Origin: Octopus bimaculoides
Lineage: Eukaryota
DNA length: 37,175 nucleotides
Direction of reading: 5' to 3'
Assembly (NCBI RefSeq): GCF_001194135.2
Contig: NC_068982.1
Span: forward strand, 25,120,312-25,157,486
Part shown: positions 23,729 to 36,668 of the stretch, one piece after another
Layout: each line of letters begins with the position of its first letter
How positions within the stretch are numbered: the first letter of the stretch is position 1
The notes under the pieces: generated by a model
The model's input: the letters and a program-made list of their open reading frames with translations, nothing else
Told to the model about the DNA's origin: nothing
Databases searched by the model: none
Program-made: the position numbers and the translations under genes

Positions 23729-24239
23729 NNNNNNNNNNNNNNNNNNNNNNNNNNNNNNNNNNNNNNNNNNNNNNNNNNNNNNNNNNNNNNNNNNNNNNNN
23801 NNNNNNNNNNNNNNNNNNNNNNNNNNNNNNNNNNNNNNNNNNNNNNNNNNNNNNNNNNNNNNNNNNNNNNNNNNNNNNNNNNNNNNNNNNNNNNNNNNNN
23901 NNNNNNNNNNNNNNNNNNNNNNNNNNNNNNNNNNNNNNNNNNNNNNNNNNNNNNNNNNNNNNNNNNNNNNNNNNNNNNNNNNNNNNNNNNNNNNNNNNNN
24001 NNNNNNNNNNNNNNNNNNNNNNNNNNNNNNNNNNNNNNNNNNNNNNNNNNNNNNNNNNNNNNNNNNNNNNNNNNNNNNNNNNNNNNNNNNNNNNNNNNNN
24101 NNNNNNNNNNNNNNNNNNNNNNNNNNNNNNNNNNNNNNNNNNNNNNNNNNNNNNNNNNNNNNNNNNNNNNNNNNNNNNNNNNNNNNNNNNNNNNNNNNNN
24201 NNNNNNNNNNNNNNNNNNNNNNNNNNNNNNNNNNNNNNN
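23729..24239. other. Assembly gap (N run)
   Basis: Ns. Confidence 1.
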
Positions 24240-24303
24240 TATATATATATATATGCATACGCACACACGCATACACACGCACACACACTCAGACCCACAT
24301 ACG

Positions 24304-24351
<48 letters not shown>

Positions 24352-24983
24352 TAGAGGGTTGGGGGTGTATGTTTGCATTCGATTAATAAATCGAGTTCTT
24401 CTTCAGGAATTTCTAACACTCATGCATCTGAATAATTCATATTGTCAATCGCGACTACTTACTGGATAATATTATACCAAGAGGTCTGTAGGATATTATA
24501 AGAACACATATGTAATAGTGTTTACGTTTGCATTAATAAGTATATGCAAGGTACTCACCACCTGTTAATATCTACTTTTCAAAAATTTAATACTACATTA
24601 AATGATAGTTTTCAGAACTCGGAGCTTCTATTTATTCTTCTGATATTACCGAAAATGTGGTCCTGCGATGTTATTTTTGCTATCTCTCTACTTTGATCAG
24701 CTAGACAGTTTACGTTAGATGTACCAAGTGAAGCTTATCTTTGTATGTTATATTAATTGAGGTATATATACATATGTGTGTCTGTGTGTGTGTATTTATA
24801 TATATACACATACACACACTCACACATGCAATTATACGTGAGTGTGTACATGAACATACAGAACACGCGCACACACTCACATACGTACATACATACATAC
24901 ATATATACATACATATATACGCACACACACACAGGTACATAATGTTTGTGTGTGTTCTTGTACGTGTATAAGTATGTATCTAA

Positions 24984-25029
<46 letters not shown>

Positions 25030-26749
25030 CACGTGTGCATCTCTGTGAATCTTTATGTTGTCTTTTGTGTCGACTTTTTGCCTACATCAATACGTTTTGT
25101 TATATGAATATATGTGCTTTTGCTATTAACCAGGCTATATTGAATATAAACAATGTTAGGTGCAAAGACTTGCTTTAGTAGACATGACGCGTTAAACGCA
25201 TTTGTTAATATGCTGATATAGGTTATTTTAATTCACTCTTTTGTGTTTTTAGGTTCAGTCGAATGCACAGACACATGGAAGGACTTTCAATAATAAAAAA
25301 AAAGCAATTTGTTACATATTAAAACTCAACTTACGTTTTTAACTTTTGTAAAAGCGTTTGGTCTGATACCTATGCAAACAAGTTTGATACATTCTTATTT
25401 AAGTAGGTAATAGTCCCTGAATACCAATTTTACCATATACACTTTATATATATGCATGTGTGCTTCTATGTTGTAGATATACATATACATACATACATAC
25501 GTGTGTGTCTGTATGTATGTATATATATTTATCCGCATATATACACATAAATATTATATATATATGTATCTATATGTGAATGTGTGTGGCGTGTACACAT
25601 ACATATTAAGTATATAATAATATTCACTGACGGCCTCAGATGTAGGCATCCGTACATATTATCATATATTCACATGTACGCATATATGCATATATATTTA
25701 GTATTTGCTACACACGCACACATATATACTCATAGTCACACACATATATTCTGATACATTTAATGATGTATATATAAAGAACTATTTCTATGCACATACG
25801 TATATACATATGAAAGGTCTGTGTACGTGTGTATATTTGTATATGTAATAGTATAAGTGCGTGTGCGTATTCCTGTGTTGATGTGCATGCTTGTGTGTCC
25901 GAGGTGTAAGCGCCTTTCATACTAATGTATCGTCGCAAAAGTATTGGTGTATGGAAGGTGTGCAAATGAATCTGCACGACGTCATTCTCTATACATTTCG
26001 ATAGAGAATATCACTTTTGAATATACATAAGTTATTGCCTGATATGTTTATTGTTGATGTTTCGCTCTGTTGACTCGCATTTGTATGTGTGTTTCTATAT
26101 TGTAGTTTTGCTTTTGTTAGTACTCGAAAACTATGCTACACACCAAAGTAATTCTGTCGAGTCACTTTGTTGATTGCAGCCGAATGCCATAAAATGTAAA
26201 TGGACACGAGTTGGGTGAACACAAGTGAACACTGAGAAAATTAAAGGACTTTCGAATTAAGAATAGAAAAAAATGTGTTTTATGTTCCATAATATTACAC
26301 ATTATGTTTAAGGGTTTTCACTATGCTTGTTCTTTTTTTTTTTTTGCAACGTTGCATGTGCTTATATTGGTGAACATATCTAAATGAGTACGCTTCCATT
26401 AGTTTATTAATTTACCCCGTTGATATTTCATGTTTTCAGTCCTATAAGCAATATGCTTTTTTCATTCCAATTGGCCTTACTTTTTTCAACCATCTCTCAA
26501 TGTGAGATAGTAGTAATAACCCAATATTAAGATTTAAGCTGACTATGCGAGTAAATGGCCAATATTTTGCAATTCATTTTTGGAATATCCTATTGGTACG
26601 GGAGTTTCTGGAAACATAGCAGCAATGCATTAAAGGATTTACGAATTCTCTACACGTGATGAATTTCGGTATTAGTCTGATAGCCCAGTACTTGGATTGA
26701 GTGCTTCCCTAACTAGATATACCCTAACTCATACCCTACTAGGAACTGA

Positions 26750-26786
<37 letters not shown>

Positions 26787-26972
26787 NNNNNNNNNNNNNN
26801 NNNNNNNNNNNNNNNNNNNNNNNNNNNNNNNNNNNNNNNNNNNNNNNNNNNNNNNNNNNNNNNNNNNNNNNNNNNNNNNNNNNNNNNNNNNNNNNNNNNN
26901 NNNNNNNNNNNNNNNNNNNNNNNNNNNNNNNNNNNNNNNNNNNNNNNNNNNNNNNNNNNNNNNNNNNNNNNN
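26787..26972. other. Assembly gap inside a (TA)n tract
   Basis: Ns flanked by (TA)n on both sides. Confidence 1.
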
Positions 26973-27004
<32 letters not shown>

Positions 27005-28005
27005 GTGTGAGTGTGCGCGCCCCCACGTTTTCTACTATTTTCTGGGCAATATTGATTCCAGTATTGTAAAACTTCACAGCAGTACACCGAGTGTGTGTAT
27101 GTGCCTGTATTTGTCTTTCTCTTTCTCTCGCTATTTATCACTTTTGTTTTTCCGTATATGATGTACTGTTTATTGTAGAACTAATTTGCATTCCTATGTT
27201 AAGACTTTCATTGCCCCAACATTTTGTTGTTATCTACTCGATCCAAATCTTGTCTATAAGATTTTAGAGACACGTGCACTCTCCTTATTTAAGATATTTG
27301 GCTATATCATACATTCTTTTACACACGTGAGATGGAAATAATTTATTTCATTAACTTGTAGCATCCTCACTCTGAACTATGAAATGAAATAAATACCTTC
27401 GACGATGACTTTTTCGAGATATTAAATATTAATGAAATAAGGAATGCAATCTGTGGATATTCAGGAAGTTTAGCAGTATTTCATTGTATTTACTACCTAT
27501 CACTATGGCACAAAGCAGCCACTGCGGTGGACAACATATTTCCTTCGAATCATCCTGAACTGCTTTGCATTAGAACAATTCGAATTTCGGTCGCAATAGA
27601 CGGTAAAGTTCTTTTTTTTGTTTTTGTTTTTTTTTGCGGTTTTGTGACACGAAAATTTTGAATAGTCTTATCTGATTCTATTCAATGAAATCTAACGTGC
27701 CCATATATTTTTGAATTTCAAACTTTCGATTTACCACTAAGCATGCTCTGCTTAAATAACGAAAGTATTAAATGATAGATATATGATCGTAAACAATATT
27801 TTTTGTCCGTTGGCATTCTGCTTGTCGTGAAACTTTTCCGCTTAATTTCAATGGATAGAAAATTTTTAATATATTTTATAATTATTATGAATCTTTTGCT
27901 AAACAAGGTACAGTTGAAGTTATTCTGTATATGTTTCTACACACCAACACATCTAAACATACACATGCACTTACACAATAAAACGTACAAAGGCACATTT
28001 ATGAC

Positions 28006-28340
28006 TTAAAATCTTGGGATGAAATTTTCATTAGGCGTATTACAGTCTGTATCTCGATTCTCAGATATGAGTGCATGCACGGTAGTGTATTTTAAGTTTT
28101 TGTTTCTGTACTCCATGGTATCAGGCTTCCACCACAAAGTGCTGCCGAGGGGACAAGTAGTATAATCTTCTGCAATCTCGGATTGACCCAAGATTTCTGT
28201 GTAAGTTTTTGTTGGCGGTAAAGTTTTCGCAGACGGAAACATGTTCATGTTCGTAGGAGAGACGACTCCTCTTCGTCGTATGTGTTAGTTTTAATCCATA
28301 GTAGGGTTTAACACCATTATATTCTTGTGTTATACACTTT
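28006..28340 (-). mobile_element. Helitron/PIF1-family helicase remnant (domain 2B region)
   Basis: Minus frames read VLNPT, TYDEEES, KTLPPTK..ILGQ, IILLVPSAALCGGSLI and TTVHALISE..DCNTPNENFIPRF. These match IL.PTN, D..DE, GLPPH.L.LKVG, LRNLNPSEGLCNGTRLI and ..G..VFIPRI in the correct order. Confidence 0.6.
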
Positions 28341-28509
28341 TGGACCAGGTTTCCGTTCTAGCGATAACTTTCTTCCTTGCTCTCATTAGTCAAAGTGGCG
28401 TTGTAAAGAGTCATATGCACTTATCTTTCATTAAGCGTATAAATATATAAAAAAAGTAAATAAAAAGAAAAAGTTATATCTTGAATGTTCTAATGCATTA
28501 GAAAAGTAC

Positions 28510-28870
28510 GGTGGCTGTGTGGTAAGAATTTTGCGCCCCAACCACAGGACTCTAGGAACATTCTCACTGCGTGGAAACTTCGGGAATTTTCTTCCTTATT
28601 TAGCGCCGGTCTAGCCAAAGCCTACGTTTAATAGAGGAGATATGAATAAGTTTTTGTGTCTGGTCCGCATCGCGGCTAAACAGTCGGCGTTAGTTTGTCT
28701 ACGTCCCTGTAACCTAGAGGCTTTGCGAAAGCAACCGATAGAATAAGAACTAGGTTTACAATAATAACAATTAGAGGAGTCAATTTGTTTGACTAAACAC
28801 TTCAAGGCAATACCACAGTAACGTCGCAATCTAATGGCTGACAAAGTAAAAGATAGAATATAAATGATAA
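28510..28870 (+). mobile_element. SINE-A variant (truncated head, short non-microsatellite linker, full tail)
   Basis: The head GTGGCTGTGTGGTAAG..CAACCAC..CACTGCGTGG..CCAAAGCCT is joined by ~45 bp to the tail TTTGTCTACGTCCCTGTAAC..CCGATAGAATAAGAACTAGG..AAGTAAAAGATAGAATA, which is homologous to 29921-30098. Confidence 0.75.
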
Positions 28871-29070
28871 ATTACGGATTTAGATATATATGTGTGAAAA
28901 TGGATATAAATTTCTCGGTAATTTAAAATCAAGTGTAATGCCGTCAAAATCAGCCGGCATATAATTAAGAATAGTTATTTGATCACAATGTTGTCTTGAA
29001 TTTCTTTTCCTGTTTGTTTTTGCTATTCTTGGAATTGCAGGAGTTACAAATTATTGAAGTTTAAATTTAT

Positions 29071-29222
29071 AGGCGCAGGCGTGGCTGTGTAATAAGAATC
29101 TTACTCCGTAACCACCTGATTCCGGATTCAATTCCACTGCGTAGCATCTTGGGAAAGTATTTTTTTACTAATACCTTCGACCCACCAAAGCCTTATGAAC
29201 GGATTTCGTAGGCGGTAACGGA

Positions 29223-29266
<44 letters not shown>

Positions 29267-30098
29267 TCGACGTGTTCAGCATTATATATCCATTACAGCC
29301 GATCTTACGGTTTCGCACTAGGGATTCAACGGAATGTTAGGCAATACTCCGATTATGTAACCCTACGCTCTTCAGCGGTAGCCATTGCGAAATGAACAAA
29401 AAAAATCTTTTTTCTTGAAGTTCTCCAGCAACAGTCTTCTATAGAACTTACTCGGTAGAGTTGGGACATTCTTTGTTGAATATCCTAGATCATACAATTC
29501 TTAGCTATGTCAGTGCACACAGCTGGGAACGCAGCTGTATGACACGAGGCGCAGCCGACAGTTGCTACTTTTGAAGAGCTCAGGTTTACATAATCGGACT
29601 GTTACGTAGCACTCCGTTGAACCTATAATGTGAAACTGGTTCGTCAGGTTCGACGTAATGGATATAAAATACTGTACATTCTGATTAATATACAATGCAT
29701 TTTTTCCTGATTTATGGACTCTTAAACGGCTTACACACACACACACACACACACACGACACACAAGCACACACAAGCACACATACACACACCTGAACAAA
29801 CACATACACATATGTGTGTGCGTGTGTGTGTATGCATGTATATATGTATGTGTGTATGTGTTTGTGTGTGTGTATGTGTGTGTTTATGGGTGGGTGTATC
29901 ATCTGTATGTATGTGTGTGTTCTCGTGCGTGATAACAGGCGTTGGTGTGTTTACGTCCCGATAACGTATCGGTTCGTCAACATAGACCGATACAGTAAGT
30001 ACTAGGCTTTAAAAAAATAAGTCCCGGGTTTGATTCTTCGAGATGTTGCTCCAGCATGGCCTCAGTCTAATGATTGAAACAAGAAAAAGGAAAAAGAT
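29071..30098 (+). mobile_element. SINE-A, full length, central microsatellite interrupted by an insertion
   Basis: Head 29071-29226 (TGGCTGTGT A-box-like, GATTCAATTCC B-box-like), (TA)n, insert, (CA)n/(TG)n at 29731-29920, tail 29921-30098. Confidence 0.8.
29285..29666. mobile_element. MITE-like element with ~105-bp diverged terminal inverted repeats
   Basis: 29285-29387 aligns with the reverse complement of 29559-29666 (TATATCCATTAC, TTCAACGGA, TCCGATTATGTAA, GCTCTTCA, GTAGC shared; roughly 70% by eye). The spacer is ~170 bp with no ORF. Confidence 0.65.
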
Positions 30099-31155
30099 TA
30101 TAATTGTTTTATTGGCTAAGTCTATCTATCATTTTTTGGAAACACTTCTAAAGTTCATTTTTTACTATCTTGACACTGCAAATTAATCGTAAACAGCATT
30201 CTCTGTGCTTGTTTCGGAAATAAAACTAGAATCGGTATCTTTATTCCTCATTCACCATTTGCGTTCTGAAATTTTTGGTTTCTTACAAGTGGGTTCCATA
30301 ATCTTACTAACCACTGATCAATTACGATCATTATTTTACTACCGTTCAATAAACGTATTGGTATATTTGTGTTTCAAAGGCCCTTTATTTGTTTCGTCTT
30401 TGGCTCGTATTATCCAGTATCATTACAAGGAGATGCAAGCATATTAGTTTATGCATAATAACCTATATATTTATATAACAAAGTCTTCAAAAGCCGACGT
30501 TAGAGAATAATACCTTGATATAAATATTTCATCTTAAGTTATAACATTTTCATTCGGTAACTTTGTGCTATCAAGCATATTTCGAAAAGAAAAAAAAAAA
30601 TTGCTTGAAAGAAATGTTGTTTTTGTTGTATATTAGAGCTACTAATTCCCAGAGAAAACCTTAAGCTTTCTTTCATTTTCTCTTGTGTCGTGCTTTGATT
30701 ATCAGTTATATACAAGAATAACAATGATTGTATATCTTAATATCTAATTCACCTACAACGTTGACCGAATTTTTTTTTCTTTCTGTTTCAATAGTGCTTT
30801 ATCTTAACTCAGTATTCTAATTTATGCGTATATTATATGCCAGCCTTTTTCAACTTGTACATTTGTGGAATGATAAATGGTACAACGCAAGTAAATTTGA
30901 ACTTTTCAGTTGCTTTCAGAATAACTTTTCCTTGTTAATACCAATACTGGAATTATATCTACTCAACAAAATTGATTCCTAGATAAACGCAGCAAAGAGA
31001 ATTTTTAGCCAAGCTCCATATGATTTAGCCATGCGTATAACTGTTTTCGAACAGAGGCACACTCTCTCCATAGAATAAAACCGAAAATTCGCGAACGCCT
31101 GTGCTTATATGTGTGTATCTTTGTAGATATGTATGCGCACACATATACATATATG

Positions 31156-31239
<84 letters not shown>

Positions 31240-31314
31240 NNNNNNNNNNNNNNNNNNNNNNNNNNNNNNNNNNNNNNNNNNNNNNNNNNNNNNNNNNNNN
31301 NNNNNNNNNNNNNN
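31240..31314. other. Assembly gap with duplicated flanks
   Basis: CACATATACATATATGCATA(CA)n(TA)n occurs both left (from ~31140) and right (from 31315) of the Ns. Confidence 0.95.
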
Positions 31315-31330
31315 CACATATACATATATG

Positions 31331-31416
<86 letters not shown>

Positions 31417-31890
31417 CATATGTATATCTTTGTGTGTGCGTGTGGATACATATATGTATGTATGGGTGTTTATTTAGAATTAAAGAAAACTAATCATTAT
31501 ACGCCATAGAATATGTATTTATTACAGCTTCTCTGGCGCGAATCACACTCATGGTAGACTGGGCAATGTTTGGTGAATTTATATACGTCAATTTTATTTT
31601 CTCTCGGTTTGGCGTAGGTCTGGTAGCCGAAAACGTGGTAGACGAGTAATATTTATTCTGCGTATGTAAAGAAACTACATACGAAGTTCGTGGTTCAAGT
31701 GTTGAATGAGAATCATCATAATTCTGCGTGACGTTTTTAGTTTGAACGCGAGGTATCTTCTTTCTAACAGAAATGCTTAACTTTTTTCATGATATATTAC
31801 TAAACATTCAATAATTCACCGTCAATTTCAGTAATTTTATTATATTTCAACCGTTTCCATCAAGAATTTATCGTTTTCAATGCAAATAGA

Positions 31891-32235
31891 ACTTAGATAA
31901 AACTTAGATATGTTTCGACCAAAGATTGGTCCAGGCCCTGTCTAACTTAATAGCACCACCTGATAGGATTATCTAAATCCTTTTTACAGTCAAGTTTGGT
32001 CTATGGTCCATTCAAGTAGTGAGTTCTCATTAAGTTAGTTGTATCCAGGTATGAGTGGCTTGTCTGGTACTCTTTGAAGAAAGCTGTCAAGACTCCGTTT
32101 AAAGCTGATAGGATCTGTTTCCTCTGTTATCTGTTTCGGGACAATGTTAAACAGGGCAGGGCCTGTTGAGGAAAAGAAATTATGCCGCAGTGTACCTTTA
32201 CGTTGTGATTCTGAATTGGGCAGGGGATATAATAT
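31891..32235 (-). mobile_element. CR1/L2-type LINE 3' end (ORF2 C-terminus, 3' UTR stem-loop, terminal tandem repeat)
   Basis: The minus strand reads LRHNFFSSTGPALFNIVPKQITEETDPISFKRSLDSFLQRVPDKPLIPGY. There is a hairpin GACCAA-TCT-TTGGTC and a terminal TATCTAAGT-TT-TATCTAAGT repeat. Confidence 0.85.
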
Positions 32236-32290
32236 ATATCAATGTATATTGAAGAAATATGCGATGTAATTCGTTATAAAATAATATTTT

Positions 32291-32499
32291 ATACTTGTTT
32301 CATTCATTAGATTCCACCCATGCATGGACACCAACTTGATTGGTTCAGTAGAATGAATTGATCCCGGTTTTGATTCTTTAAAGCCTGGTAATTATTCGAT
32401 TAAGGGATTCCTGCCGAAACGCGAAGTTACGTTCACTGAAAAAATACGACAGCGGTTGTCAAGCATTTATGGGAGACAAACACAAATACAAAGACACAC

Positions 32500-32569
<70 letters not shown>

Positions 32570-32640
32570 GCATATATATATATGGATGCATGTACATATG
32601 TAAATCTATGAATATGTATTTGTATGAATATGTATATATA

Positions 32641-32708
<68 letters not shown>

Positions 32709-32930
32709 GCTGCCTTCATTATTTTATATATTTATGTGTGTGTGTGTGTGTGCGTGTGCGTGTGCGTGTGTGTGTGTACACAAAAGGCTTCTTTCAGGCC
32801 GTCTGACAAATCCAGTCACACTACTTTGGTCGACCCGATGCTATAGTAGGAAACACTTGTCCTACGTATATTGCAGTGGGACGTATGTGGTTGGAACGCA
32901 AACTTCTTACCACAAAGCATGCCTGCCCTT
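32291..32930 (-). mobile_element. SINE-A, full length, with central compound microsatellite
   Basis: Head 32930-32781, central (CA)/(TA)/(TG) block ~32490-32780, tail 32490-32291; both parts align with the + copy at 29071-30098. Confidence 0.8.
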
Positions 32931-33865
32931 ACATTATATGTGTTGAAGTACTGCAACAATTTCTCCAATATATTTTTGTCATAATTTGAATTTAATTAGG
33001 GTAATCGTTTTGGTTTCTATTTTATCATTGAAGGTCACGACAGTATATAAAGAAATTTATAAATGTTTTTTTTTTCGAAAATCTCCTGTATCGTGTATAA
33101 AATCTATACCAACCTTTAATCTCTACTACTAATAAATAAGTGGTAATTTTCACCATTAACACTAAACCCAATGTTTAGTCGTATATACATTATCCTAAAT
33201 CTAAAGCGAAAACGTTTAGCATTTCTAATGCACTTAATATTTTGTGTTGTCTCTAGAATGAGAAATGAAAATAGATGATTCTCAAATATTAGCAGTAAAT
33301 CCATTTACAACAAATCAATCGAATCAGCTGCTATGCCTTTCTTTTTCTTCTGTTCTCGTGTTTGCTTGTGAGATGCGTAGCTATATACTTCGTATAATCG
33401 GAGGATAATCCTTGACCAGTTACATTACAGACTGCATCAGTTCAATTTCATAGAGAGACTTTCCCTAACTGCTGTAGACTATGTTCTTTTCCCGAACTGC
33501 TGCCAACAACTATGAGTTGATTAATTGGGTTATTATTCTGTGAGATTCGTTTCTGCAAGGAATGTGAAATGATATGCCAAAAAGTATAGTTTCAATCGTT
33601 CACAGAAGTATTTCTAAAGGGTTTGGGAGTGAAATAAATGTTGACATGGAGAGCTCGCATATAACCTACTCCCAGCAGAGCCATATACTTTTGGCAGGTG
33701 AAGGTGTTGAATTGAACGATGCCGTACGGCGTATATTCGAGATAAGGTAGTGGTCGGGCAGGTAGATAGCTCCATAAATGTTTTGGGAGTAGTTTGGTCA
33801 GGAAGATAAAATGATTACAATGCTATATGGATTATGTTGTGCCGGCCAATAATGTGCATAAAGGA

Positions 33866-34470
33866 TTAGGCTAATTGATATAGATATTTTACTAATGCAG
33901 ACATTTCGCTTCTTACGTTGGCGGGTAATTTATTGGAAGAATATGATAGATAAAAAGAGCTGTGAGCATTGGCAAAACTGAGAACGATATTTTCACTGAG
34001 GGGAAATATAATATGGATATCATCGTTGTAGAAATAAACGCAGTCGAAGTAATATAGCTGTGATGTTAGAGTAACGGAGAGAAACTGAACCGGAGTAACT
34101 GGCAGTATTTCTAAAGTGGTATCCAGGTTACAGAGATGAATGGTGGAAAGCATTGAATTTGTATATTCGCCGATACTGCTTTTTATTGTGAAGCATGAAT
34201 ATTACAGAAGGATTCGAGAGGTACTTTCTCCAAAAGAAATTAGATGTGTAATTTTTTAAAGGCTAAACAATCTCAAGTATACGTAGCATAAATCGGATAG
34301 ATATGATAACCTATCTAACCGTCCAGTGCAATGTCTTTTTCTTATAAACGCTGCTAACATTTTCTGTTCATTAATGGATTCGGTTACAAAATGTTCCCAT
34401 GCTGAGTGAAAGTTATAACTTTGCATTTCGTTCACATATCTACCGTCTGGTAGATATTTTACCCAATTCT
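33866..34470 (-). mobile_element. Old, heavily decayed L2/CR1-group LINE reverse transcriptase fragment
   Basis: AFIRKRH..RLSYLSDLCYVYLRLF (cf. PIFKKG..NYRPISILS..K.F), then YFDCVYFYNDDIHII..YSSNKLPANV (cf. FILFADDTNIF..WL.ANKLSLNV). Confidence 0.5.
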
Positions 34471-35729
34471 GAATAATGAAAGACATGTGTGTATACGTGT
34501 GTCTGTCTGTGTGTTTGCGACTGTATCTGTGTGTATGTATGTATGCTTGTATGTATATGCATATGTGTGTGTAGAAATGCAGATTTATATACATATATAC
34601 ACATATGTGTGTATGTTTGTGTGTGTGCTTGCGTGTTTATGTGTTTACTGTGTGCTTGTGTGTGTGTGTGTGTGTTTGTGTGTGTTTGTATGTGGGTGTG
34701 TATCAATGTATATACCTTTTGTGCTAAAATCTGTGTATCATTCATATTCGCTAATCCCGGGGAAAGTGTACAATGTGTATTATTTCATTTACTTCCCGTA
34801 AGCGCACATTAAAAAAACATCACCAAAAGTCCTATATCAAGCACCAATTGATGGTATGTATTTCAATACACTTCATGTAACTATCGCATTAATTGTAAAA
34901 CGATGAAAAATATCTCAGCGTTAATGTTATTTGATCTCAGTATATGCATTGTAGTATCTATACAACTACATATTAATACTTCCCAATATTTTTCTTTTCG
35001 TAGAGAGAGTTTGAGAGAGGGAAAAAATGCAGAGCTCCCGAGAACGATAAATTACCAAGCAATAATCCACACTTCGCTTTATTGTATTTAAGCTCTAGTT
35101 TCATATGTACAGTTAAATTACATAGGTATAAAATACATTACGTATCTATGATCCCGTGAGTAATACTTTTACTTATAACGACCATCTGCAAATCATTTTA
35201 ATTTCTTCTGACTACAATATTCAAGAACAATTATTGCTAATCAAATCAATTTGTTGCTTAGTTACGATAAAGGCACTTGGAATTTATTGACCTTGGTAAA
35301 TAAAATACAATTTATTACTTTTCGTTTGTCCCTCATTAATTCACAATTTATTGATTTACAAGTGCGTTGTGTTTCTTTCTTGTTTTTTTTTTTTTATAGG
35401 AAAAGATAAAACTCGTTTTATTCACTTCATTATTAATTTATTATTTAATATATTTAAATATTAAATTTTATTCGAAGTCAATTTCCCAATATTTTTTCAT
35501 ATTCAAATAAGTTTAATATTTGGAATAATATCCCATTGGACATAGCATTGAATTATACGTAATTGGTAAATGGTCCATCATTATACAGCTGACTTAGAGT
35601 TCCATATTGTAGATATGATACTTTAACATATAGTAGGATTAAATACTTTGACATTTGCTGTACCTTTTACATGTTTTCTCATATATGTATATACGCATAT
35701 GCATATGTATATGCGGGTGTGTGTGTGAG

Positions 35730-35769
<40 letters not shown>

Positions 35770-36668
35770 TGTAAGTGTACTTTAATATCTATATAAATCT
35801 TTATCTTATATATGCATCGTTCTATGTGCTCCTGAGCGCGCGCATGTGTGTGTGTGTGTGTATGTGTGTGTGTGTGTGTGTGTGTTTGTATCTGTGTGTA
35901 TTAGTACGCTGGTTCTATAGACTAAACGTCTAATTTGAGCCTGTCAAATCAGATTCACATAAATAGCTATCATGAAGAGATGCATCTCAGAATTGTAAAT
36001 CGTTATCTACTATAGGGAGTGCTTAAATTTTTTATACTGCACTGTTATTAACATCGATACATTTTATGCATGTATCTTACTGGAACCAATCTATCTGATA
36101 CCGCATTGCGTAACGCGTGTAATAAGGAAATATATTAAGAAACGTCTTAGGAACTGAGGCCCTTATAAAAATTATATCTAATATTTGTTGATTTATCTTA
36201 AATATTCTCCATGTGTTTGCAGCCAAAATCACAAATCCAGTAAATATAACATATAACTGCAGGTTATCAAAGATGTATTCTACCTAACTGTGTGTTAACT
36301 ACGATTAGCTGAAAACTCTGTGTTTAGAACGAGCAGAAGAGGAAATTATTTAAAAATAGTAACGAGATGACTATACGGTACTTTTGGCGGAATGTAAAGG
36401 ATTAAGCCAAATACATTTTTAAAAAAGTGATCCCTTCGTTAAATATAGCTTACATTTCAAATAATATATAAATCAAGTGACCAGATGATGAGATAGGCGT
36501 CTCATACAAATTTTTTAATCGATATAATGGTATTTTATATTTCATCTGTGATCGACAATATAACATTGAAACACTGATCTCAATTCCTAAAATACATAGT
36601 TTCTGAATATGAAGACCATGCCGAATGTAAAATGAAGATCCTGTGATTCCGATTTAATTTAAATACAT

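Noticed and set aside
24347-24419. Protein-like peptide LEIPEEELDLLIECKHTPPTLY on the minus strand
   Set aside because: Preceded by a stop, weak splice sites, runs into a microsatellite, and no recognisable homologue.
25627-25660. CTGACG-GCCT-CAGATGT-AGGC, resembling a hammerhead half-core with stem II
   Set aside because: Lacks A9 and the GAAA motif, with no stems I or III.
30180-30724. Possible piggyBac-like peptides on the minus strand
   Set aside because: Similarity is weak and the pieces are in the wrong order.
31139-31400. Apparent tandem duplication of a CA/TA block
   Set aside because: The copies flank a 75-N gap, typical of unmerged overlapping contig ends.
31910-31945. CTG-GACCAATCTTTGGTC-GAAAC on the minus strand, superficially hammerhead-like
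   Set aside because: There is no CUGANGA core; it is the 3' UTR stem-loop of the LINE end.
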